Part shown: positions 10,702 through 19,364 of the stretch, piece after piece
Layout of the letters: every line of letters begins with the position of its first letter
Numbering within the stretch: the stretch's first letter is position 1
Source of the DNA: Acidimicrobiia bacterium
GTDB taxonomy: Bacteria; Actinomycetota; Acidimicrobiia; Spongiisociales; ZC4RG35
Reading direction: 5' to 3'
Assembly: GCA_965216725.1 (NCBI GenBank)
Contig: CBDCGI010000022.1
Span: forward strand, 64,438-128,437
DNA: 64,000 nucleotides
Notes under the pieces: model-generated
Seen by the model: only the letters and a program-made list of their open reading frames with translations
What the model was told of the DNA's origin: nothing
Database searches by the model: none
Made by a program: the position numbers and the translations under genes

Positions 10702-12372
10702 TTGAATCAACCCAATCCCAGCACAGCCATGGCGCGCGTCATCTCCGACGAGTTGGCCCGGCACGGGATTGCGGCTGCAATCGTCTCCCCTGGGTCACGT
10801 TCCGGTGCCATGGCGGTCGCCTTGGAGCAATCTGATATCCCGGTGCGTGTGGTGCTCGACGAGCGCTCGGCCGCTTTTCAAGGCCTGGGTATGGCTCGGG
10901 CAACAGGGAGGCCGGTGGTATGTGTCTCTACATCTGGCACGGCGGCCGCCAACTACCTGCCGGCGGTGGTCGAAGCCGATCTCAGCGGTGTGCCCCTGCT
11001 GCTGATAACGGCTGACAGACCGCCCGAGCTACGCGAGGTGGGGGCGAATCAGACGATCGATCAGGTGGAGCTCTTCGGCTCCAAACTGCGCTGGTTTTGT
11101 GACGTAGGCGTGGCTACCACCGACATCGACGCCAATGCCTACTGGCGGTCGACGGTTTCTCAGGCGGTGGCTAGGGCTACCGGATTCGGGCTATCGCCGG
11201 GACCAGTTCACCTCAATGTGAGTTTCCGGGAGCCAACCATGCCAGTGCCGCACGACGGGCGCACGGCCGGCGCTCCATATCCGTTTCCCATAGTGGGGCG
11301 AGATGATGGTGGAAGGTGGCAGGAGAACGATGTCTCGTCTCCAACTCGCGCGGATCTTGGCGAGCTGTCGGGGCTCAATGGTCTCCTGATTGTGGGAGAA
11401 GGTACGGGCTCCGACCACCGGCTCCTGGACCACGCGGAAAGACTGGGTTGGCCCGTCCTGGCCACCGCCCTCTCTGGCTTGCGGGGAGAGGGCGTGATCA
11501 CCTCATATCATCATTTGCTGGTGGACGGTGTCCCGGACAGTCTCAAGCCCGATTTTGTCGTCACTTCAGGAAGACTCGGTCCCAGTGACCGCCTCGGACA
11601 CCTGACCAAGGGTGCCGCGGCAAGTGTTCACGTCGATCGTTGGGGTCGATGGCAAGATCCGCGAAGGGATGCGACACGATTAGTCGCGGGCGACCTGACG
11701 CTTGGCCTCGAATCCATCGACACCGGCGCCCCCCGCGAATTTCTTGAAGTGTGGCGAGCGGCAGACGCTCAAATGCGGCAGGCGCTGTCGGATCGGATGC
11801 AAACCGACGAGTCGCTCACCGGGCCCCGTATTGCAGCGTCGTTGAACACGGTGCCGTGGAGCGCGCTCGTAGCCGCATCTTCCATGCCGATCCGAGATGT
11901 GGATGCGTTTGTCCGGCGACCCGGACCAGTCTTCGGGAACAGGGGGGCGTCAGGAATCGATGGCTTCAATTCCACCGTCATTGGGGTCGCAGGGGCCATC
12001 AGGCGAACAGTTGGATTGGCCGGGGACCTGTCGTTTCTCCATGATTTGCCCGGCCTCCTGGCTGCCGAAGGCGACTTCGTCCTAGTCGTCATCGACAACA
12101 ATGGAGGTGGGTTGTTTGATCTTTTGCCTCAGGCCCAGCATGCGCCGTCGTTTGAGCGGTTGTTTGTGGCTCCACACGGGAGAGACCTAATGAGCCTGGG
12201 GCGGGGGTTGGGGCTCAGCAGCGTGCGAGTTGGTGATATCGACGAGCTGGAAGAGTCGGTTTCGTCGGGCCTGGAGGCGGGTGGCCCTCATATCGTTGTC
12301 GCCCCCGTGGATAGGGGCGACGATCTCAAACAGAGACGTGGCCTCGACGAGGTTGGCCGGCTGGTCGGCTGA
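10702..12372 (+). CDS. menD: 2-succinyl-5-enolpyruvyl-6-hydroxy-3-cyclohexene-1-carboxylate synthase (ThDP-dependent)
   Basis: 556 aa with ThDP-binding pyrimidine and pyrophosphate domains (GSRSGAMAVAL, GDLSFLHD). TTG start preceded by an RBS. Confidence 0.85.
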   Translation: MNQPNPSTAMARVISDELARHGIAAAIVSPGSRSGAMAVALEQSDIPVRVVLDERSAAFQGLGMARATGRPVVCVSTSGTAAANYLPAVVEADLSGVPLLLITADRPPELREVGANQTIDQVELFGSKLRWFCDVGVATTDIDANAYWRSTVSQAVARATGFGLSPGPVHLNVSFREPTMPVPHDGRTAGAPYPFPIVGRDDGGRWQENDVSSPTRADLGELSGLNGLLIVGEGTGSDHRLLDHAERLGWPVLATALSGLRGEGVITSYHHLLVDGVPDSLKPDFVVTSGRLGPSDRLGHLTKGAAASVHVDRWGRWQDPRRDATRLVAGDLTLGLESIDTGAPREFLEVWRAADAQMRQALSDRMQTDESLTGPRIAASLNTVPWSALVAASSMPIRDVDAFVRRPGPVFGNRGASGIDGFNSTVIGVAGAIRRTVGLAGDLSFLHDLPGLLAAEGDFVLVVIDNNGGGLFDLLPQAQHAPSFERLFVAPHGRDLMSLGRGLGLSSVRVGDIDELEESVSSGLEAGGPHIVVAPVDRGDDLKQRRGLDEVGRLVG

Positions 12373-13462
12373 CACGGAGCGCCTTCAGCATCGGTCTCAG
12401 CTTCAGCTCGGTTTCTTCGAATTCGGCATCCTGGCGGGAGCCTTCCACAAGCCCCGAGCCCGTGTAGAGGGTGGCGTGGTCCCGTTCGATACGGGCGCAC
12501 CTCAAAGCTATGGCGAAGGCTCCATTTCCTCGCGAATCGAACCAGCCCACAGGTCCTGCGTAGCGGCCACGGCTGTGAGACTCGAGACTACGTATGAGGC
12601 TTAGAGCTCGCCTGGTGGGCGTGCCGGCGACGGCTGCTGTGGGATGCAGCCGAGCTACGGCATCGAGAACGTGTGTCCCGGGACTGACCCGGCCGTCGAA
12701 TCTCGTGGCCAGATGGGCAATCTCGCCAAAGACGGCTTCTCGGGTCTCGCTGCGGGCCAGTTCCTCGGTCACCGGCTCCAAGGCGGCTGCCACTGACGCG
12801 GCCGCCAAGTCGTGCTCGAGTCGGTTCTTGGGGCTTCTCAGATCGCCGCTGTTGACCATGTCGGCGGAGGAAGACCCGGCCAGCGAGATGGAAGTGAGGC
12901 TGGGACCTATGAGCCTGACTAACAGCTCGGGGCTCGATCCAACGAGGCCGTCAACCGAGAAGATGAACGAATCCGGCTGGTCGCTGTACAGATTGGATAT
13001 GACCGTGTGAGAGGGCACCGGCCCTTCGAATTGGAGGTCCACGACGCGGGACAGGACCACCTTCTCCAATTCGCCCCGTTCGATGGCCATCATCGCTGTC
13101 GAGAAGGCGTGACTCCATCCAGTCCTCGACTCCAGGTTGACCACGGAAGGCATTGATCCATTGGCAGTGGCATCGGGTGGACTCCCCCGGAGTATCTCGA
13201 TGTCGGCCCCTTCGATACGGACCGCGGATGAGGGCACCACAACAAATGATCCAGGCTCTGTCGGGTCGAATGTGAACGAAGCAAAAGCCAGATCCTCACT
13301 TTCGCCAAGGCCCTCGATCGCCCTTCGAAAGCGTTCAGGTCCGACGCCTACGTCGATTCTGCGCTCGATGCCCCAGCCAAGCAAGCCCCGAGACCCGTCG
13401 AGCCAAACATGGTCGGGCCCCAGGCGAAGCATCTCTTGCACCTTTTGGCTTGGAGTCGTCAT
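12326..13462 (-). CDS. menF: isochorismate synthase (chorismate-binding enzyme)
   Basis: 378 aa. The C-terminal chorismate-binding region has PVGWFDSRGNGAFAIALRCA and SGLVEGS motifs. It lies in a menaquinone gene neighbourhood. Confidence 0.8.
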   Translation of the reverse strand: MTTPSQKVQEMLRLGPDHVWLDGSRGLLGWGIERRIDVGVGPERFRRAIEGLGESEDLAFASFTFDPTEPGSFVVVPSSAVRIEGADIEILRGSPPDATANGSMPSVVNLESRTGWSHAFSTAMMAIERGELEKVVLSRVVDLQFEGPVPSHTVISNLYSDQPDSFIFSVDGLVGSSPELLVRLIGPSLTSISLAGSSSADMVNSGDLRSPKNRLEHDLAAASVAAALEPVTEELARSETREAVFGEIAHLATRFDGRVSPGTHVLDAVARLHPTAAVAGTPTRRALSLIRSLESHSRGRYAGPVGWFDSRGNGAFAIALRCARIERDHATLYTGSGLVEGSRQDAEFEETELKLRPMLKALRVSRPAGQPRRGHVSV

Positions 13463-14232
13463 TCGTGAACGAAGGCTAGATCGTGCCGGGTGTCTAACCC
13501 GTGGAGGAGGGAGCGTGCCACACGGTTGAAGACGTCAGGATCGCCAGTTGTCGTCATCGTGATGCGTCCTTCCTCAGCCGACCTGTCAACGCGGGCCACC
13601 TGACGTGCCACCGCCCACGATGGGTCGATTATTCGAATGTGACGACCGACGACCTGCCTGATGACCGGTTCCAAGAACGGAAAATGGGTGCACCCGAGGA
13701 CAAGAGTGTCGGCGCCCGCCTCCAACATGGGGGCAACCTTTGATGCCACCCGTCGCTCCACGTCAGGACCGCTTAGCTGTGCCCTCTCCACGAGGTCAAC
13801 CCACTCCGGGCAAGGGGCGGTGTGAATAGTGGCGTTACCGACGAACTTCCTCACCACGTTTTCGAAACGCACGCTCTGGAATGTTGCCCCGGTGGCCAGA
13901 ATGCCAATCACGCCCGACGAGGTGGCACCGACCGCCGGCTTGATTGCCGGCTCCATGCCGACGAACGCGGTGCCGGGAAAATGTGTTCGCAACTCGTCGA
14001 GCGCCGCGGCGGAGGCTGTGTTGCAGGCGACGACGACCGTCGAGGCGCCGGCTTCGATGAGCCTCGCCGACACATCGTGCGCGATTGCGGCCACCTCATC
14101 CAAGGTCTTGGTCCCGTATGGGGCATTGGCCTGGTCGGCAACGTAGAAGATGTCGGCCTGAGGGACATGCTCGGGCAGGTGCCTGAGCACACTCAGACCG
14201 CCCACACCGGAGTCGAATACGCCAATCACCAC
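13459..14232 (-). CDS. murI: glutamate racemase
   Basis: MVIGVFDSGVGGLSV N-terminus. The two catalytic Cys regions (ACNTAS and GCTHFP) are present. 257 aa. Confidence 0.9.
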   Translation of the reverse strand: MVIGVFDSGVGGLSVLRHLPEHVPQADIFYVADQANAPYGTKTLDEVAAIAHDVSARLIEAGASTVVVACNTASAAALDELRTHFPGTAFVGMEPAIKPAVGATSSGVIGILATGATFQSVRFENVVRKFVGNATIHTAPCPEWVDLVERAQLSGPDVERRVASKVAPMLEAGADTLVLGCTHFPFLEPVIRQVVGRHIRIIDPSWAVARQVARVDRSAEEGRITMTTTGDPDVFNRVARSLLHGLDTRHDLAFVHE

Positions 14233-14283
14233 TGTATCTCACCACATCTGTCCGCTGTTACCGTGCCCCGCGATGGGAACCAA

Positions 14284-15048
14284 GTGGATGTAAACGGGTC
14301 CGTTGCCCTTATCACCGGGGGTGCTTCCGGGCTGGGGAGAGCGACCGCCCGTCACCTTTTTGAGGCCGGTGCTTCGGTTTGCATCTTGGATCTCGATGAA
14401 GAGCCCGGCCTCGAGCTGGTGGCTGCATTGGGCGACGGAGCGCTCTTTGTCCCCTGTGATGTGCGGGATCCGCTGCGTGTGGAGTCTGCAATTTCCCAAG
14501 CGTTCGACAGGTTCGGGAGAATCGACGTCTTGGTCAACACTGCTGGTGTCGGGACCGCTTCCAGAGTTGTCGGCCGGGACGGGGCGTTGTTCGATCTCGA
14601 GCTGTTCAAGTTCACCATCGATGTCAATCTGGTTGGCGCCTTCGACGTGATGCGCCAGGTCGCAGGACGCATGGTTGGAAACGACCCCGGTCCCACCGGG
14701 GAGCGGGGTGTGATCGTCAACGTTGCGTCAATAGCGGCCTTCGACGGCCAGATCGGCCAGGCGGCCTATAGCGCGTCCAAGGGCGGGATTGTGGGCATGA
14801 CGCTGCCGCTTGCACGCGAGTTGGGTCGTCACGGTGTCAGGGTGATGACCGTGGCTCCGGGAGTGTTTCAGACCCCGATCCTGGGTGTCGTGTCCGACGA
14901 GGCTGTCCAGACCCTGGAGGCGCAGGCAGTCTTCCCCAGGCGGCTCGGCGATCCGACGGAGTTTGCCATGTTGGTGAGCTCGATCGTCGAGAATCCCTAT
15001 CTCAACGGCGAGACGATAAGACTCGACGCCGCGACTCGGATGCCTTAG
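14284..15048 (+). CDS. 3-hydroxyacyl-CoA dehydrogenase type-2 (HSD17B10 / 3-hydroxy-2-methylbutyryl-CoA dehydrogenase-like SDR)
   Basis: GTG start chosen at 14284; the upstream part of the track ORF is antisense to murI. ALITGGASGLG and YSASKGG active-site motifs are present. It is collinear with human HSD17B10 (AAYSASKGGIVGMTLP, RLGDPTEFA..ENPYLNGE). Confidence 0.85.
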   Translation: MDVNGSVALITGGASGLGRATARHLFEAGASVCILDLDEEPGLELVAALGDGALFVPCDVRDPLRVESAISQAFDRFGRIDVLVNTAGVGTASRVVGRDGALFDLELFKFTIDVNLVGAFDVMRQVAGRMVGNDPGPTGERGVIVNVASIAAFDGQIGQAAYSASKGGIVGMTLPLARELGRHGVRVMTVAPGVFQTPILGVVSDEAVQTLEAQAVFPRRLGDPTEFAMLVSSIVENPYLNGETIRLDAATRMP

Positions 15049-15059
15049 AGCCCTTGCGG

Positions 15060-16928
15060 TCACCCAGCGGCGGTCAGGCCATCGAGGCTCTCCGGATTCT
15101 CCAGGGTCGAAATGTCTCCCGGGTCTTCTCCCAGGGCGATTGCTCGGACCACACGTCGCATGATCTTGGCCGACCGGGTTCGTGGTAGGTCTCCAACCCA
15201 CCTGATCAATTGGGGTCGGAAAGCCTTTCCCAGAGCACTGACCACGGCATTCTCGAGCCTTGTCGTGAGCTCGGAGTCGACCGTCATCCCAGGAGCGGCC
15301 ACCACGAACAGCCCTATTCCCTCGCCCTTGACCTCATGGGGGAGACCCACTGCTGCAGCCATGACCACCTCGTCGAGGGCGACGGCCACGGACTCGATCT
15401 CGGCCGGGCCCACACGCTTGCCGGCGATGTTCATGGTGTCGTCGGACCGTCCGTGTAGGTACCAGAAGCCGTCTTGATCGACCGAAGCCCAGTCTCCGTG
15501 GACCCAAGTGTCTTCGAAGCGCGACCAGTAGGTCGCCATGTACCGCTCGGGCTCGCCCCAAAAACCGCGAGTCATCCCGGGCCACGAGCCGCGCATCACC
15601 AGTTCCCCGACTTCGCCGCGGACGGGGTCGCCCTCGGAGCCGTAGACGTCGGCGTCCACACCCAATGACGGCGAGCCTACCGACGTGGGTTTGATTCCTT
15701 GAAGCAGGTTGACCGACAGGATGCATGCCCCGATCTCGGTGCCGCCGGAGATGTTGACGATGGGTCGGCTGCCTTGCCCGACCTCCTCGAACAGCCACAT
15801 CCATGGTCCGGGGTTCCAGGGCTCGCCAGTAGACCCGAACGCACGCAATCGGGACAAGTCGTGCTGACGAGCAGGGTCTACTCCGTGCGGTTGCAACGCC
15901 CGCACCAACGTTGGGGATATGCCCAAGAAGGTGACACCCAGATCCCTGACCACTTGCCACAGGCGGTCCGGGCCCGGGTAGTTGGGGGCGCCGTCGTATG
16001 TGGCGATTGCGGCACCGTTGGCCAGGCCCGCGACCACCATCCACGGCCCCATGATCCAACCCATGTCCGTCGCCCACATGAGGACATCTTCTCTGGTCAG
16101 CTCCGCTTGAAAGGCGCCTTCTGCGGCGACCTTGACGGTCAAGCCGGCATGCACGTGAACCGCGCCTTTGGGTCGGCCCGTGGTGCCCGAGGTGTAAGCG
16201 ATGATGACCGGATCCTCGGAACCGGTTGGAGCGGGATCAAGCTCCTCTGCGGCGGCCATGACCTGGTGCCAATAGTGATCGCGCCCGGCGGTCACCGGCG
16301 TGTCGTCGCGCTCCGTGTAGTCGACGACGATGGCAGTGTCGATGCCGCCGGCGAGCTCGATGGCCTCGTCGGCGGTCTCCTTTGCGGTGACCAGCTTGCC
16401 TCTTCTCACGAAGCCATTGCTGCATATCAGGACGGCCGGCTTGGGGTCGACCAGGCGAGCCGCCACCGCGTCCGCTCCGTACCCGGAGAAGACCGGGATG
16501 AATATCGCCCCGATTCGAGCCACTGCGAGCAGTGAGATCACCGCTTCCTCGCCCATCGGCAGATACACGGCCACCGCGTCACCCCGCCTCACGCCGAGCG
16601 CGGCAAGGCCGCCGGCGAGCTTGGCTACCTTTGTCCTGAGTTCGCCAAACGTGATCTCGCGTTGTTCGCCTGTCTCCTTCTGGGAGCGGACCGCTATACG
16701 GTCCGGCTCGTCGTCGGCCCATCTGTCGACGCAAGCCTGACTCAGGTTGAAACGACCGCCGACGAACCATGTGGTCCACGGGTGCCCGCGAGAGGTGTCG
16801 CGGACAGTCTTCCAGCCATCCATGAACGGGAGCCCGAGGAAGTCCACAACCTCTGACCAGAACCATTCCGGATCGTCCACGGATCGTTGCCTCAGATCCT
16901 CATAGGCCCCGATTCCGTGCTCGGCCAT
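15060..16928 (-). CDS. AMP-forming acyl-CoA synthetase (acetyl/propionyl-CoA synthetase family)
   Basis: Start re-chosen at the internal Met (MAEHGIGAYEDLRQRSVDDPEWFW), which aligns to the ACS N-terminus. AMP-binding motifs YTSGTTGRPKG and the ACS-type C-terminal domain are present. Confidence 0.8.
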   Translation of the reverse strand: MAEHGIGAYEDLRQRSVDDPEWFWSEVVDFLGLPFMDGWKTVRDTSRGHPWTTWFVGGRFNLSQACVDRWADDEPDRIAVRSQKETGEQREITFGELRTKVAKLAGGLAALGVRRGDAVAVYLPMGEEAVISLLAVARIGAIFIPVFSGYGADAVAARLVDPKPAVLICSNGFVRRGKLVTAKETADEAIELAGGIDTAIVVDYTERDDTPVTAGRDHYWHQVMAAAEELDPAPTGSEDPVIIAYTSGTTGRPKGAVHVHAGLTVKVAAEGAFQAELTREDVLMWATDMGWIMGPWMVVAGLANGAAIATYDGAPNYPGPDRLWQVVRDLGVTFLGISPTLVRALQPHGVDPARQHDLSRLRAFGSTGEPWNPGPWMWLFEEVGQGSRPIVNISGGTEIGACILSVNLLQGIKPTSVGSPSLGVDADVYGSEGDPVRGEVGELVMRGSWPGMTRGFWGEPERYMATYWSRFEDTWVHGDWASVDQDGFWYLHGRSDDTMNIAGKRVGPAEIESVAVALDEVVMAAAVGLPHEVKGEGIGLFVVAAPGMTVDSELTTRLENAVVSALGKAFRPQLIRWVGDLPRTRSAKIMRRVVRAIALGEDPGDISTLENPESLDGLTAAG

Positions 16929-17075
16929 GAACCTGGCGGTGTTTGTGGCCGCGGCGGCCTGTGAGTCGAGTCGCCAGACAATGTCAAAATCTTGCAAGGG
17001 GCCCTCCTGAGCTGCACTTTCGAGGCTAGAAGTTTTTGTGGGGGGACGGCGCTGCCGCCTAGCCTCGACTGCGAA

Positions 17076-18212
17076 ATGAGCGACCCCACGACGGCGTCCC
17101 AGCCACCCGATCCCGGCGGCCCGTTGAGCAATCTCCAGATCGTCCGACGGACCCTCTTGGTGTCCTCGGTGGTTGTGGGCGTCCTCGCCGTGCTGTGGCT
17201 GCTGAGCCGAATCTCGAGCGTCCTCTTCATGGTCTTTGTCGCCCTTTTCGTGGCTGTGGCCATGGAGCCGCCGGTGCACTACCTGGAGAAGAAGGGCTGG
17301 CGGCGCGGAGCCGCGACCGGCTTGGTGTTTGTGCTCTTCGTGCTGGCTGCGATTGGATTCTCCCTCGCCCTGGCACCGCTCTTCATCGATCAGGTCACAC
17401 AGCTCGTAGACGCCATCCCCGGGTATGTGGAGGGATTCGCGGAATGGTTGAACACGAGCTTCAGCGTGGAGATCCAGGTGGACCTGAGCAACCTCGAGGA
17501 CGAGAGCGAGCTCGTACTCGAGTGGTTGCAGGGAAACGTGGGCGGTGTGGTCGGTTCAATTCTCGGAATCGGCACCCTGATTGGCGGCTTCATCTTCTTC
17601 GCGTCGACGGTCGCCCTGTTCGCCTTCTACATGGTGGCCGATCTCCCCAAGCTGCAGCGAACTGTGCTCTCGCTGATGCCTAAGGATCGACAGATTCGAG
17701 CCCTCCGCATCTGGGAGGTGGCCGTGGAGAAGATGGGCGGGTACATCTACTCCCGGCTCATCGTCGCAGTCATCGGCGGAGTCGTGACCTGGATTTTCCT
17801 CACTGCCCTCGGCGTCCCCTTTGCTGTCCCGCTCGCCATCTGGGTGGGCATCCTGAGCCAGTTCGTCCCGGTTGTTGGCACCTATCTGGCTGCGATTCTC
17901 CCTGCTGCCGTCGCTCTGTCGTCGAAGGGCGCGGCCACCATGGTTTGGGTGATCGTGTTCTTCGTGGCGTACCAGCAGATCGAGAACTATCTGATCGCAC
18001 CGCGGATCACGAAACGGACGATGGCAATACACCCCGCAGTGTCGATTGGGTCCATCCTGATCGGAGGTGCTCTGCTCGGCCCGATCGGGGTGCTACTGGC
18101 CTTGCCCATGGCCGGAATCATCATCGCCTTGATATCGGAGTCGACCCGGCGCTACGAGGTCGTCCTCGACGACGAGACCGGCGAGTATGACGTCATCGAC
18201 CCCGAAGACTGA
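17076..18212 (+). CDS. AI-2E family transporter (PerM/UPF0118)
   Basis: Eight predicted TM helices with the AI-2E layout. Start chosen at MSDPTT. 378 aa. Confidence 0.75.
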   Translation: MSDPTTASQPPDPGGPLSNLQIVRRTLLVSSVVVGVLAVLWLLSRISSVLFMVFVALFVAVAMEPPVHYLEKKGWRRGAATGLVFVLFVLAAIGFSLALAPLFIDQVTQLVDAIPGYVEGFAEWLNTSFSVEIQVDLSNLEDESELVLEWLQGNVGGVVGSILGIGTLIGGFIFFASTVALFAFYMVADLPKLQRTVLSLMPKDRQIRALRIWEVAVEKMGGYIYSRLIVAVIGGVVTWIFLTALGVPFAVPLAIWVGILSQFVPVVGTYLAAILPAAVALSSKGAATMVWVIVFFVAYQQIENYLIAPRITKRTMAIHPAVSIGSILIGGALLGPIGVLLALPMAGIIIALISESTRRYEVVLDDETGEYDVIDPED

Positions 18213-19347
18213 GTCCGGCCCTCTAGCCGGCATGACGGTCGTGGAGTTGGCGGGCCTCGGCCCCGCTCCTTTCTGCGGCATGGTCCTCGCCGACCTCGGT
18301 GCAACCGTGATCAGAGTCGATCGGGTGGTCGTGCCGTACAGGGTTGGATCAGGCGGAGGAGACGATGTCCTGAACCGAGGAAAATCGTCGGTTGCGGTTG
18401 ACCTGAAGCAAGCAAAAGGAACCGAAATCGTGCTCCGCCTGGTTGCGACGGCCGACGCTCTCATTGAGGGGTTCCGGCCGGGCGTGACGGAGCGAATCGG
18501 CGTGGGTCCGGCAGAGTGCCTGGCGGCCAATCCGGCGCTGGTCTACGGGCGGATGACGGGTTGGGGCCAAGAAGGCCCTCTCGCCGGAGCCGCTGGTCAC
18601 GACATCGATTTCATCTCGCTTTCAGGGGTTCTCGGAGCGGTCGGAGGTGAGGACCCGGTGGTTCCCCTCAACCTGATAGGCGACTTCGGAGGCGGCGGGA
18701 TGCTGCTCGCGATTGGCGTCCTGTCGGCTGTGCTGTCGGCAAGGGAGTCCGGTCGGGGCCAGGTGGTCGACGCGGCGATGGTCGATGGTTCTGCCCTATT
18801 GGCGGCGTCCCATTACGGCTTCTTGGCGGCGGGCTCGTGGACCACTCGGAGGAACAGCAATCTGCTGGACGGCGGCGCCCCGTTTTACTCGGTGTATCGG
18901 ACCGCCGATGAGCGTCATGTGGCGGTTGGTGCTCTCGAACCGCAGTTCTTCGCCGCGCTCCTCGACGGTCTCGGCTTGTCAACCGAGGAAGTCGGGCGTC
19001 AGCACGATGTGGTCGGCTGGCCAGCCATGCGCGCCAAGTTCGAGGAGGCCTTCCGCACTCGCACCCGCGCCGAATGGGCGGAGGCGTTCGCCGGCCGGGA
19101 CGCATGTGTTGCTCCCGTCTTGGATATGGATGAGGCGCCCAGCCACCCACACAATGTGTCCCGGGGGACATTCGTGGAGGTGGACGGCGTCACTCAACCG
19201 GGGCCTGCTCCGAGGTTCTATGGGACTCCCGTGCCATCCACAGGCAAGCCGTCCATGCCCGGTGACAGCACCGATGAGGTCTTGATGGGCCTGGGTTATA
19301 GCGAGGCCGAGATCGGTAAGCTCCGAGGGCAAGCCGTAGTTTGCTGA
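18187..19347 (+). CDS. mcr: alpha-methylacyl-CoA racemase (CoA-transferase family III)
   Basis: VVELAGLGPAPFCGMVLADLGATVIRVDR and MLDGGAPFYSVYRTADERHVAVGALEPQF are nearly collinear with human AMACR and mycobacterial MCR. Confidence 0.85.
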   Translation: MTSSTPKTESGPLAGMTVVELAGLGPAPFCGMVLADLGATVIRVDRVVVPYRVGSGGGDDVLNRGKSSVAVDLKQAKGTEIVLRLVATADALIEGFRPGVTERIGVGPAECLAANPALVYGRMTGWGQEGPLAGAAGHDIDFISLSGVLGAVGGEDPVVPLNLIGDFGGGGMLLAIGVLSAVLSARESGRGQVVDAAMVDGSALLAASHYGFLAAGSWTTRRNSNLLDGGAPFYSVYRTADERHVAVGALEPQFFAALLDGLGLSTEEVGRQHDVVGWPAMRAKFEEAFRTRTRAEWAEAFAGRDACVAPVLDMDEAPSHPHNVSRGTFVEVDGVTQPGPAPRFYGTPVPSTGKPSMPGDSTDEVLMGLGYSEAEIGKLRGQAVVC

Positions 19348-19364
19348 CGTCCCCAGGAGGACCC

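Noticed and set aside
13822-14283. Upstream extension of the SDR ORF to give 408 aa
   Set aside because: The extension is antisense to murI and Arg/Gly-rich. The SDR Rossmann N-terminus begins at the GTG at 14284.
16929-17279. N-terminal 117-aa extension of the acyl-CoA synthetase ORF
   Set aside because: Acyl-CoA synthetase homology begins at the internal Met (MAEHGIGAYEDL). The extension is His/Arg-rich and overlaps the divergent AI-2E gene region.
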